Of a stretch of 64,000 bases of DNA, positions 11,310-23,479 are shown in pieces. The notes beneath the pieces are model-generated. The model was not told the DNA's origin. It made no database searches and was given only the letters and a program-made list of their open reading frames with translations. This DNA is from Isurus oxyrinchus. Taxonomy: Eukaryota. The number at the start of each line of letters is the position of its first letter. The stretch's first letter is position 1. Position numbers and translations under genes: made by a program. The stretch lies in NCBI GenBank assembly GCA_026770705.1, contig JANJGN010000052.1:2294001-2358000 (forward strand), in the 5' to 3' direction.

Positions 11310-13380
11310 GAGAGGAGGACATTCAGCAGCTCAAGCCTGTTACACAGGAACAGGAGGAGGCCCCATTCAGCCCCCTCGAGCCTGTTACACAGGAACAGGA
11401 GGAGGCCCATTCAGCCCCTCAAGCCTGTTACACAGGAACAGGAGGAGGTCCATTCAGCCCCTCGAGCCTGTTACACAGGAACAGGAGGAGGCCCATTCAG
11501 GCCCTCGAGCTTGTTACACAGGAACAGGAGGAGGCCCATTCAGCCCCTCGAGCCTGTTGCACAGGAACAGGAGGAGGCCCATTCAGCCACTCAGTCCTGT
11601 TACATGAGGACAGGAGAAGGCCCATCAGCCTCATGAGCCTATTACACAGGAACGGGAAGAGGACATTCAGTCCCTCAACACCCTTCCACAGGAACAGGAG
11701 AGACTCTCAGCCCCTCGAGCCTGTTACACAGGAAAAGGAGGAGTCCTATTCAGCCCCATAGAGCCTGTAACACAGGAACAGGAGGAGGCCATTCAGTCAC
11801 CTGAGCCTGTTACCCAGGATCAGGAAGAGCACATTCAGTCTCTCAACCCTCTTACACAGGAATAGGAAACCTATTCAGTCCCTCGTGCCTGTTTTACAGG
11901 ATCAAGAGGAGGCCCATTCTGTCCCCTCGAGCCTGTTACACAGGAACAGGAGGAGGCCCATTCAGCCCCCTCGAGCCTGTTACACAGGAACAGGAGGAGG
12001 CCCATTCTGTCCCCTTGAGCCTGTTACACAGGAAGAGGAGGCCCATTCAGCCTCCACAAGCTTGTTACACAGGAACATTAGGGGCTTCATTCAGCCACTC
12101 AAGCCTGTTCCACATGAACGGGAACAAAAACAAAAATAGCTGGAAAAACTCAGCAGGTCTGACAGGATCTGCGGAGAGGAACACACTTGACGTTTTGGGT
12201 CTGTATGACTCTTCATCAGAACTAAAGGAATCGAGAAATGAGGTGACGTTTTAGCTGGTAGAGGGGGTGGGACAGGTAGAGCTGGATTGTGGGCCAGTGA
12301 TAGGTGGAGGTAAAGAAGAGGTTGCCAAAGATGTGATAGACAAAAGGACAAAGGGGTGTTGATGGTGGTGATATTATCTGAGGAATGTGCTAATGGGGAC
12401 ATTAAGGGTAGAAAGCAGGACGAGCAAGAGACAGATAGTCCTAGTGGGGGTGGGGTGGGGGGAAAGGATTGAAATAGGCTAAAAGGTAGAGATACAACAA
12501 CAGATGTAAAACATTTAAAAATAATGGAAATAGGTGGGAAAAGAAAAATATATGAATAAGAAAAATATTAAAAATGATAAATTATTGGAAAAAGGGAGAT
12601 TGGAAAGGGGGTGGGGATGGAGGAGAGAGTTCATGATCTGAAAGTGTTGAACTCAATATTCAGTCCGGAAGGCTGTAAAGTGCCTAGTCGGAAGATGAGG
12701 TGTTGTTCCTCCAGTTTGCGTTGGGCTTCACTGGAACAATGCAGCAGGCCAAGGACGGACATGTGGGCATGAGAGCAGGGTGGGGTGTTAAAATGGCAAG
12801 CGACAGGGAGGTCTGGGTCATGCTTGTGGACAGACCGAAGGTGTTCATGAGAGCGATCACCCAGTCTGTGTTTGGTCTGTCCCATGTAGAGGAGACCACA
12901 TTGGGAGCAGTGAAGGCAGTAGATTAAATTGAGGGAAGTGCAAGTGAAATGCTGCTTCCAATGATGCTCCTAATGTACTCGAGCCTGGTACACAGGAACT
13001 GGGGAAGGCCAATTCAGCCCCTTTAGCCTTTTACACAGGAACAGGAGGAGGCCCACTCAGCCCCTCGAGCCTATAACACAGGAACAGGAGGAGGCCCACT
13101 CAGCCCCTCGAGCCTATAACACAGGAACAGGAGGAGGCCCACTCAGCCCCATGAGCCTGGTACACACTGAGAGAAGGAGGCCATTCAGCCCACCTGAGCC
13201 TGTTGCACAGGAAAAGGAGACCCATTCAGTCCCTTGAGCCTATAACACAGGAACAGGAGGAGACCCATTCAGCCCTCTCAAGCCTGTTACACAGGAACAG
13301 GAGGAGGCCCGTTCAGCCCCTCGAGCCTGTTACTCAGGAACAGGAAGAGGCCCATTCAGTCCCTCGAGCTTGTTGCATGT
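11310..13380. repeat. About 43-45-bp minisatellite (cctcgagcctgttacacaggaacaggaggaggcccattcagcc), split by the Penelope insertion
   Basis: Tandem units at 11310-12120 and 12975-13380. Confidence 0.9.
12124..12960 (-). mobile_element. Penelope-like retroelement 3' end (GIY-YIG endonuclease C-terminus plus terminal repeat)
   Basis: ORF 12631-12885 reads GQTKHRLGDR..EHLRSV..PVACHFN..RKLEEQHLIFRLGTLQPSGLN. Absent from the duplicate block at 45.9-47.2 kb. Confidence 0.85.
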
Positions 13381-13479
13381 GAACAGTCGATGGCCCTTCA
13401 ACCACATTCTTGGCACGCAAAGGGTTAACTGTTTTCTAACTGTGCGAGGCAAAGAGCTGCTTTCTCACTTGGTACCAAG

Positions 13480-14278
13480 CACTTCCTCATTTTGACTCAC
13501 AGAGACACATCCACCTTTCTAATTAAATACACAGAGGGAGCAGCACAGGAAGAGGTCATTCAGGCCAAGCAGAGCGTGTAGGCAGTTCCTCCCCAGGCGA
13601 GCAGTCGGACAGGTCCTGGGTAAGTAACAGAACGATTGGAAATCACGGGGGGAGTTCTGAGGGCTCCTAATCCATTGTCCTGTCTTGTAAATCAGCACCT
13701 TAATACTGACCCTTCAACAGTGCGGCACTCCCTCAGTACTGATCCTCCAACATTGCAGCACTCCCTGATTAATGTCCCCCTGACAGTGCAGCACTCCCTC
13801 AGTACTGACCCTCAAACAGTGGAGATCTCCCTCAGTACTGACCTTACAATAGTGCAACACTCGCTCAGTAATGACCATCCGACAGTGCAGCACTTGCTCA
13901 GTACTGACACTGGGGAGTTTCAGTCTACTCTGTGGGGCAGATGTCCCCTGAATGGGGTCTTGAATCCCACAACATTCTGACCCCCTGAATTTGGCTGTGA
14001 AACCCACTGACCCACAGGAGAAACTCCTGGTCAATGACTGTCCACCTGTGAGCAGAAATATCACCACAGGGTCAGGACACAAAGGGTTAACAGTTCACCA
14101 ACATCTCAAAACATGAGCTGCTCTGTCACTTTGATCCAACTTCCTCATTTTGTCTCACAGAGACACATCAATCCTTTCTAATTAAACACACAGAGGGAGC
14201 AGCACAGGAAGAGGTCATTCAGCCCAAGCAGAGCGTGTGGGCAGTTCCTCCCCAGGCAAGCAGTCGGACAGGTCCTGG
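13480..14278 (+). promoter_or_regulatory. Two tandem copies of the PU.1-site/5' exon module upstream of gene B (13480-13619, 14139-14278)
   Basis: acttcctcatttt...gtcctgg|gtaagt occurs twice, separated by 33-bp minisatellite units. Confidence 0.5.
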
Positions 14279-14728
14279 GTAAGTAACGGAACGATTGGAA
14301 TTCACTTCCACCACCAACACCGTCCTTTGTTGATGTTGTGACTTTATAAAGACAGATTCCAATGATTGATGCCTTTGAAAGATTTCTACTGATTATTGAG
14401 ATCTGGGTGTGAGGCTCAAGTCTGTTGTACAGAACATCTTTCTAGCTCAAGGGATGAGGGAACTGCAGAGACATGAGCTTTGGGATGTCCTGAGATAGTG
14501 AAAGATGCTATAGAAATGCAAATCAATCATTGTTTGTCTTACTTAAAGCCTTGTAACTCTCTGCAGAGCACCTATCATCCCACAGAGAATCAAATTAGTC
14601 TGTCAAGACATTGTCTAAAAGCAGTTCTGATCTCTCGAGAGCTGTCGGACAAGAGGTGAGGTCTCATTAACTCCTTTCGCTTTCACAGCTTGAGAGTGAG
14701 AAGTGGATGGAATATCTGGGAGTGGACG

Positions 14729-14768
14729 ATGGTCGGGAAATCTTACTTCCTCCTGTCACTTCTCCAAG
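14729..14768 (+). CDS. Gene B leader exon MVGKSYFLLSLLQ
   Basis: ATG...CAAG|GTAAT, phase 1, intact. Confidence 0.75.
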
Positions 14769-15472
14769 GTAATATCATCATCAGCTCGGACAGATATATG
14801 TTTAACAGTCTTTGTAAAAGATCATTCTTATCTCTTTATCTCTGTAACCTCCTGCAACTCACCCAAACAACTTCCCAGATCTCTGTGTTACTCCAATTCC
14901 GGCCTCTTGACCATCCCCCGATTCCCATCACTCCAATACTGGCGGCCGGGCCTTCAGCTGCCTGGGGCCTGAGCTCTGGAATTCACTCCCTAAACCTCGG
15001 GGATGGAGGAGCTCAAGAGGGTTTCATTTTACTGAGAATCACCACGACCACATCACAGCTGCAGTCAGAATAGACAGAGGGTCCAGCCCTCGCACTTCCT
15101 GCACAGTTTCACCATAGCAACCACAATATGGAAATTTAAAAATACTGAAAGTTAAACTGAAGCTCAAACCAGTCAGTTTAGAGAGATGAGATGTTTACAC
15201 AGTTTCCCTGTGTATCTTGTAGACACTGTGTTGGGTGGAAGACTGGCTTCACTAAACAGGGTCCTGAGGACCATGAGCCAATGTAGAATGAACTTGTCCA
15301 CTCCTGTGTCCAGGATTCTCTTCCATCCATTGTGAAACCTTGGGGGGTTCTTTGTGTGTCCTGTAGATGGTCCACACTGCAGCCACTGTGCCCCAGTGAT
15401 GGAGAGGGTGGATATCGAGTCTAGTGGATCTACAAACCTTCCAGAGTTAAATATTGACATTTATCTCCATAG

Positions 15473-15846
15473 TTGGACTGTCACAAGATTGAAAAGGCGA
15501 CACTTCACGAGAGGTGACAGCGCAGGATGGTTGTGTGTACAGATTCCATGTCATTACAGTTACTTATCAAATTTCATAGGGAGATCACGTGTCGGAATCT
15601 GCTTGAAAGGAATAGATGGGAACCCACAGCCGAAATGGTCTATAGCCTTTCATTCCGAGGGTCACAGTCACAGGGATCAAAGATTCCACCATCGGACCCG
15701 GCTGTCTGGAGACCTGAAAGATGGCGACTGTTCCCTGATTATAAACAACATCAGACGGGAAGATGCAGGAACTTATTTTTTCAGAATAGAATTTGACAGC
15801 AGGAATAGATACAACTACTATCCTGTAACCCAGCTTCACGTTTCTG
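15473..15846 (+). pseudogene. Gene B V-set exon V4, disabled
   Basis: Reads VGLSQD-TGA (stop at the conserved Trp) and has a 1-bp deletion (ggttgtgtg versus ggttcgtgtg); the downstream part retains YFFR. Confidence 0.85.
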
Positions 15847-16315
15847 GTAAGTGCTGTGTTATGATTACTCAACAATTCACATTCAACACTCAATGGGAGA
15901 TAACACAAACTGTGACGTTTACATATTAACACAAAATGCAGCTTATTATAACTTGCTATCTGATTCTCAATAACCTGGTGATAGCTTCCAGTTCAGTCCT
16001 AAAGCAACCTCTAATACTCACTTTAATATCAATGATGAAAAGCATTAACTGTATTATCAGGTTACCACTCCCATCAATCTCTCCTGTCCTGTTTAAAAGT
16101 CTGACATATCGATAAAAGAAAGATGTGCATTTCTGTAGCGCAATTTACCACCTCAGGAGGATCCAAATCCCTTCACAGCCATTGAAATTATTCCTGAATT
16201 GTAGTCACAGATGTTAAACACAGCAGGCAGTTTGTGCACAGCAAGATCCAACAAACCACAATGTAATAAATCACCCAGATCACTGAGGAAATGAGAAGCC
16301 AGTGAACTCAAACCT

Positions 16316-16455
16316 CTGGTCTGATGAAGAGTCATACGGACTCGAAACGTTAACCCTGTCTTCCTCTCCACTGATACTGTCAGACCTGCTGAGTCTTTCC
16401 AGCAATTTTTGTTTTTGTTTCAGATTTCCAGCATCCACAGTATTCTGCTTTTAAC
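16316..16455 (+). ncRNA. Minimal hammerhead-ribozyme-like motif in a Penelope terminal-repeat fragment
   Basis: CTGATGA-A-GAGTC(atacg)GACTC-GAAAC-GTT: intact core and a perfect 5-bp stem II. Confidence 0.5.
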
Positions 16456-16704
16456 TCCAATCTCTGGTCTGAGCCTCTTCTCTCATCCAGTGTTCTCAAT
16501 TCACATGTCTCGGAGTGAACGTGTATTAAGCTGAGAGACAGAAACACTACTGCCAAAGAGCAAGAAAATCTTTCCTGATCATTGTAACCTCTCAGTTCTG
16601 ATATCATCCTTGTAAAAGTGCTTTCTCTTGTGGGACTGTGGTTTCTATTTGAACTGATGCTTCACGTTATATTTCTCTAAAAGGATCCATTCTCTGTCTG
16701 TTAG

Positions 16705-17001
16705 ATTTCACAGATAAACCCACGACATTCCCTGCTGAAATTATTGCAGGAAAGCATGTGGATGTAAGCTGCACCATCAACACAACGTGCAATGGAACAG
16801 CAGCGCCTGTCTTAACCTGGGAAACTCCCACTGACGTACCTGGATCAGTCTCAAACACTGTAACTCAGCATGGTGTCACTCTGACCTATACTTCTGTTCT
16901 GACCCTGATCCCATCACTCAAACACCACGGACACACACTCAGCTGCAGAGTGAGATATCCATCTGTTTCATCGGAGCGGACCCTCGTACTAACTGTGCAA
17001 G
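16705..17001 (+). CDS. Gene B C2-set Ig exon (Siglec domain-2 type), intact
   Basis: tgttAG acceptor and AAG|GTAAGT donor; 297 bp, phase 1-1. Encodes FTDKP...VSCTINTTCNGTAAPVLTW...HHGHTLSCRV. Confidence 0.8.
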
Positions 17002-17324
17002 GTAAGTACATACACCTTTCATTCTACATCAGCACTCCCTCAGCGCTGACCCTCTGACAGTGCAGCCCGTCCTCAGTGTCCACATTCTCAGACCTCTCAA
17101 AGTGCTTCACAGTCGACTGAAGTTAATTGATCTTTATTTGATTATTGCTGAATGAAGAGACAAGCTGTCTAAAGTTTACATCTCGCACACACCATTCTCC
17201 ATGGCAACACGTCCACCTATCAGAGACCACTTGCCAACCAATCAGCACTCTCTTCCCATTAAGTATAAATTGTGGTTCATTTTCTGTTGGTAATCCTGCG
17301 AACGGGCTTCTTGATTCCTGCCCT

Positions 17325-17477
17325 GACATCTTAATGTCCAAATGAACAGAACAAGTTCCAACAATGAGCTGTGGTTGGTGATTCCTCCCATTACATATCG
17401 GGACACTGGAGACTATCAGTGTGTGGCAGAGAATGAACATAGAGCAGTGGAGGGGTTCATAACCATCAGTGTGGAAC
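17325..17477 (+). pseudogene. 5'-truncated half of a C2/I-type Ig exon (gene B)
   Basis: Matches the 3' half of the 282-bp exons at 36.8-41.1 kb (NNELWLVIP..DTGDYQCVAEN) and keeps the donor; the 5' half and acceptor are replaced by repeat sequence. Confidence 0.8.
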
Positions 17478-19147
17478 GTGAGTTACACAGACTTCAACAT
17501 CTCTCTCAGATTCAAACATTGCACAAACACCCTCAAATATACAGAACTAAATAGACACGTGCAGACACACGTGTATGAGCAATTACAAAGACACACTCAC
17601 GAACAAACACACTAGCACACACTCCCCTGTGGCTTACCTGAGTACTGCACTGGAGAGTTGGCCTGGATTCTGGGATTTGTGTTCCCAATCATGTTTATGG
17701 AAGAATATGGAAATTACAAAGTCTATTACAGACACTCAGATGCATAGAGACACTCACAGATACTCTCTGCCTCTCCAACTCTCTCTCTCCCTTTAAGAAG
17801 CTTCCTGAAAGCTAACCCTTCGAACAATCACCGGCCCCAACACCTCCTTATCTGATTCTGTGTGATTTTGTTTGTGTATCTGAGAGTAAGAGAGAGGTGG
17901 AGAGGTTTAGTTAGAGAATTCCTGCTGGTGAAAATCTTACATCATTTACTCACCTTTCCAGTGCACATATTTCCCAGTATGTCCAATGCCCCTGTTTATA
18001 ATGATGACTGCCTATGTAAACGTCACACTGTAGTTACAGTCTCCCACCAGTGGTGGCATTGTAGCACTTAATCCTTGTGTTTCCCAGCTTTTCAAGCAAC
18101 TCCACTTCCCAGTTTGCTACACAAGCTGTGAGTTCATCAGAATTAAATTATTTCTCAAATGATAGATTTGATAATTCATTTTATTGAAAACTTCCTCAGT
18201 GCCTCCCTGAAGGGTTTACACTCTCTGGGAAGCAGGAATAGGCTGGATGTTGGGGAGTTCATCTTTTCCCAGAGAGTAGTGATCCTCGAGAATGTGCTGT
18301 CAGTGGGTGTGGTAGTTCCTGTTTCTCTGTCACCTTCAAGAGGGATCTGGAGTGGTTACTGACTGGGGGAGAGATCATGGAAGCGGAGAATGATACAGCA
18401 CAGGAGGAGGCCATTCAGCCCACTGTGCCTGTGCCAGGTCTTTCAATGTTCTATCCAATCAGATCCACTAACCAACACTCCACTTTACCCCATCTTCCTC
18501 CTTCAAGTGTTTATTCAATTTCCCTTTTGAAAGTTCCTATTGAATCTGCTTCCACCGCCCTTTCAGGCAGCACCTTCCAGATCACAACAACTCGCTCTGT
18601 CAAAACAAATTCTCCTCATCTCCCCCTCCAGTTGGTCAATCTGTGTCCCTCTGGTTACCGACCCTCCTGCCCCTTAAATACATCGATACTGTTCACCTCA
18701 ACCACTCCCTGTGGGAGTGAGTTCCACATTCTCCCCTCTCTCTGGGTAAAGATTGGAACTGTTTATTAAGCGGGGGGTGTAAGTCCGTGGGGGAGTCCAT
18801 CTCGATTCTGCCCGATTCGCACACGCGTCCGAGATGGATTTCCACCCTGCACTAAACGTTTCCAGAATTTTCTACAGCACAATCCTGTACACAGCGATGG
18901 AGAGAAACATTGGACAGGGAGTCCAACAGCACAATGATCCATTCTCACCAATGTTCCACGCTAAGGGGAAAGTTCCGATTGTCCACTCTTAGAGTGTTTA
19001 CAATGAAAACATTCATTCCACATTGAATCCCAGTGGATGGGTCAATATTACAGCAAATGTTGCAGTGATATGAAGCTTGATTGTTCAGCCAGAGTGAGAG
19101 ATTGAAAGCGGAGAGTCAGTGATGATTTCTTTCTGTGTGTTCTCTAG

Positions 19148-19287
19148 ACAGTGGAGGAGAGATTCTGCATGTGATCCTGATCCTGGGAATACGAGCTGTG
19201 ATATTCCTTGTGGCTGTGGTTATCACTATCACTGGAGTCTGTGTCTGGGAGAGACAAACAGTGAAAGGAAGTCGACAGACTGTTTGA
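19148..19287 (+). CDS. Gene B terminal TM exon with intramembrane Arg and short tail (activating type)
   Basis: ttctctAG acceptor, phase 1: SGGEILHVILILGIRAVIFLVAVVITITGVCVWERQTVKGSRQTV*. Confidence 0.8.
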
Positions 19288-19439
19288 AGCTTTGTACAGC
19301 AACAATCTGGTCAGTCAGTGCGGACAAATAACGTGTGATGTTGTGTTAAGTTGTAATGAAACTGGTCAGTGTCCTGGTTAGAATCACCTTCGTATCAGAG
19401 AGGCATTCCAGCACAGTAGGAGACCATTCAGCCCATTAA

Positions 19440-20010
19440 GTCTATGCTGTCTCTGTGTAGAGCAATCCACTCAGTCCCATTCCCCCGCTCTATCCCCGTA
19501 TCCCTGCATGTTTATTTCCAAGTGTCCATCCAATTTCCTTTTGAAATCGTTCATCGTCTCCACTTCCACCATCCTCGTAGGCAGCAAGTTCCAGCTCATT
19601 ACCACTCGCTGTGTAAAAAAGCTCCTCCTCACATCCCCCCACTGCCCACAACCTTCAATCTGTGTCCCCCAGTCCTTGTACCATCAGCTAATGGCAACAG
19701 CTTCTCTTTGTCTACCGTATCTAAACCCATCATCATCTTGTACACCTCGATCAGATCCCCCCTCAATCTCCTTTGCTCCAAGGAGAACAACCCCAGCTTC
19801 TCCAACCCAACCTTGTAGCTAAAATCCCTCATCCCTGGACCCATTCTGCTCAATCTCCTCCCCACCCTCTCAAGGACCCTCACTTCCTTCCCAAAGTGAG
19901 GAGACCAGAACTGGACACAATACTCTAGCTGTGACCTAACCAGAGCTTTATAAATGTTCAGCATAACCTCCCTGTGTTTGTACTCAATCCCTCGATTTAT
20001 GAAAAGCTTA
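19440..20010 (-). mobile_element. CR1-like LINE 3' end
   Basis: ORF 19629-20054 reads YKALVRSQLEYCVQFWSPH...LGLFSLEQRRLRGDLIEVYK. Confidence 0.85.
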
Positions 20011-20719
20011 TTCTTTCCATCAGCACAAACAGCAATTTCCAAGCGGACTCCCATCAGCAGACAGAGTGCAATGAAACATCGGCATGCCTGCTTCTTAATG
20101 TACGGAGAGAAACCTGCAACGAGAGATTCTCCTTCTTCTCCTCAGCAAGCTGAAACTTTTCCTTATACCTGGTGCTCCCCAGTCCTGCTGTGTGGACACA
20201 TCATAACCACGGCATTGTCTGGCTGTGTGCAGCCAACATGGTCGAATAGGAATGAACAGAAATGTGACATTGCTAAACTCTGTTCTCTGATTGGAATGTG
20301 CTTTCTGAATGCTGCACCTTTTTCATGCTGCGATAGATTGTAAGAAGCATTTGGGTTATGAATAAAATTACATTGATTAACACAAGTGATTAAAATGTTC
20401 AGCCTTTTCTGTAGATACTTATGGATTAAAATTCTTATTTTGCTGCCAGATTCTTGGCTCAAAGACATTATTTCATGTTGTCACTTTTTCCAGTCAGATG
20501 AATTCCTGTGGCCATCTTTATAATGGAAATTTTCAATGTAAACACGTCACATTGCAGCTGCACACTCCTGTCAGTGGTGGTGCCATTCCAAAACTGTCTT
20601 GCTGCACCAACACAGTGAGAATTATTCTCGACATGTACATGATGTTGTTGTTACACAGACATCAGGCGGAATCTTGGGCTGTGTCTAGAATGCACTTAGG
20701 ACATTGCAGACCACGCACA

Positions 20720-21270
20720 GAACTGACAGTGCAGCGTTTCCTCAATCCTGACCCTCGGTCAGTGCAGCGCTCCCTCATTACTGTCCCTCTGACAGTGCTG
20801 CACTACCTCATTATTGACCCTTTTCAAGTGCAGCACCCTGTCAGCACTGACCTTCTGACAGTGCAGCACACCCTCATGGCTGACAATCTGACAGTGCAGC
20901 AATCCCTCAGTACTCATCCACCCACAGTGCAGCACTCCCTCAGTACTGATCCTCTGACACTGTATCCCTCCCTCACTACTGACCTTCCGACAGTTCAGCA
21001 CTCCCACATTACTGACCCTCTGACAGTGCAGCACTCCCTCAGTACTGAACCTCTGACCGTGCAGCACTCCCTCATTACTGACCCTCTGACAGTGCAGCAC
21101 TCCCACATTACTGACCCTCTGACAGTGCAGCACTCCCTCATTACTGACCCTCTGACAGTGCAGCACTCTCCCATTACTGACCCTCTGATAGTGCAGCACT
21201 CCCACATTACTGACCCTCCGGTGCAGCACTCCCACAGTAGAGTCCCGCTGACAGTGTAGCACTCCCTCCG
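20720..21270. repeat. 33-bp minisatellite, inverted relative to 7.9-10.2 kb
   Basis: actgaccctctgacagtgcagcactccc units. Confidence 0.9.
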
Positions 21271-21493
21271 TAATGATAACAGGGGTCGTTGAAATGTATC
21301 ATACGGCCCGAGACCTGTGTTGGGGACTCTATCGCCTGAGTTTCAGCCTCTGTGGTGAGGGGGAGGAGTCTAATCCCACGGAGCCAATGGAGAAGCTTCA
21401 TGACTACAGCTGCCCAAATATGAGCTGACAGATCACACATGGTAAACGTTTTGCTGAGAGCACAAAACATCCTCGATCTTCTCACTGGTTACC

Positions 21494-21634
21494 CACTTCC
21501 TCATTTTGTCTCACAGTGACACATCCACCCTTTCTAATTAAACACACAGAGGGAGCAGCACAAGAAGAGGTCATTCAGCCCAAGCAGAGCGTGTGGGCAG
21601 TTCCTCCCCAGGCGAGCAGTCGGACAGGTCCTGG
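21494..21634 (+). promoter_or_regulatory. PU.1-site/5' non-coding exon module of gene C
   Basis: cacttcctcatttt...gtcctgg|gtaagt. Confidence 0.5.
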
Positions 21635-22084
21635 GTAAGTAACGGAACGATTGGAATTCACTTCCACCACCAACACCGTCCTTTGTTGATGTTGTGACTT
21701 TATAAAGACAGATTCCAATGATTGATGCCTTTGAAAGATTTCTACTGGTTATTGAGATCTGGGTGTGAGACTCAAGTCTGTTGTACAGAACATCTTTCTA
21801 GCTCAAGGGATGAGGGAAGTGCAGAGACATGAGCTTTGGGACGTCTTGAGGTGGTGAAAGGTGCTATAGAAATGCAAATCCTTTAATGTTTTTCTTTCTT
21901 AAAGCCTTGTAACTCTCTGCAGAGCACCTATCATCCCACAGAGAATCAAATTACTCTGTAAAGACATTGTCCAAAAACAGTTCTGATCTCTTGAGAGCTG
22001 TCGGACAAGAGGTGAGGTCTCATTAACTCCTTTCTCTTTCAGAGTTTGAGAGTCAGAAGCTTATGAAATATCTGGGAGTGGACA

Positions 22085-22124
22085 ATGATCGGGAAATCCT
22101 ACTTCCTCCTGTCACTTCTCGAAG
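22085..22124 (+). CDS. Gene C leader exon MIGKSYFLLSLLE
   Basis: ATG...GAAG|GTAAT, 40 bp, phase 1. Confidence 0.8.
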
Positions 22125-23479
22125 GTAATAACGTCGTCAGCTCGGACAGTTTTATGGCTAATAGTCTTTGTAAAAGATCATTCTTATTGAGTGTGATTGG
22201 GAACCGATTCAGCAGTGAGCCAGTGTACAAACTCACACCAAGTCCCATTCACCCATCACCCCTGTGCTCACTGATATACACTGACTCCCTGTCTGACAGT
22301 AGAATTGGAGGAGAGCAGAGATCTCAGAGGGATTTAGGGTTGGAGCAGGTTACAGGGATCGGGAGTGTAGAGGGAGGATGGTGGGGTAAGAACTCGATGA
22401 TGAGAATTTGAAATTTGAGTCATTGCTGGACTGGGAGTCAGTGTAGTTCAGCCAGTGACAGGGAAGCGATCGGCTGAATAGAGAATCAGGAATACCAACT
22501 GGGGGATGAGGTCTATCCTGATGCTGGGACTCGGATAACAATGCCCTGAAATTTTGTGTCTTTTGCTGATTTTGTCAGAATTTCCCATGAAGACAGCACA
22601 GCAGCTCCTAGAATAGACAGGCTGTTCAGTGTCACACTTCCTGTCCATTCTCACCATGCTAGAAACTTCAATAAGGGAGCAAGATAACTGAAAGAGAGAA
22701 GGAAGGTAAAGCTGTCCGTGTGTAAAACTGTCAAATATTCTGAGTTATCATGAGTGTCTCTGACCTGCTGCAGAGTTTAAATTTCACAGAATCTGAGCAC
22801 TTTGCAGCTCAGAGAGAGACCATTGACTCACTGCCTGAAAGGGCGGTGGAAGCAGATTCAACAGGAACTTTCAGAAGGGGAACTGGATAAGTACTTGAAG
22901 GGGACATTTTGCAGGGCTGTGGAGGAGAGAGCAGAGGTGAGAGTGGGACTAATTGGACAGATCTTTCAAAAGCCCAGCACAGGCTCGATGGACCAAATGG
23001 CATCCTTCATTTCCGGATCATTCTACAATCTGATAAATTAAGCCCCACATCAGTAACTCTTCAGGCTCCTGCTGCAGGGATGGATCTTTGAGAAGGACAG
23101 GGAACAAGAGGTTCCTGGTATCATTTTCATATTTCTTGACAATTATATAAGTGTATAGATCTGTTGAATATTTGAGTCTCTAAAGCGTAGAGGTAATCTG
23201 CTGTTATATCGAGATCTTGTGGTGGCAAAATTGTCTGGAGGTTTCTTTAATTGCTCACATTGATTTGTGGGATTGTCATTCTTCGATGTTGTCCCTGGTT
23301 TCAATTGACATTACACCCTTGATGCAACTGAGGAGGCTTTAAACTAAAATGGCAGGGGATCGGATCCCGAGAGGAGGTTCAATAGAGAGAGATGCATGGC
23401 CAAAATTAGAAGAGAGAGCAAATGAAACTGGAAGGCATAGAAATTATTGGCCATTTAAGGCTCAAGATAGTGTGGCAAA

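Noticed and set aside
11109-13380. Regular repeats resembling a CRISPR array, and LEPVTQEQEE ORFs (also 45.9-47.3 kb)
   Set aside because: Contiguous tandem units without unique spacers in eukaryotic DNA: a minisatellite.
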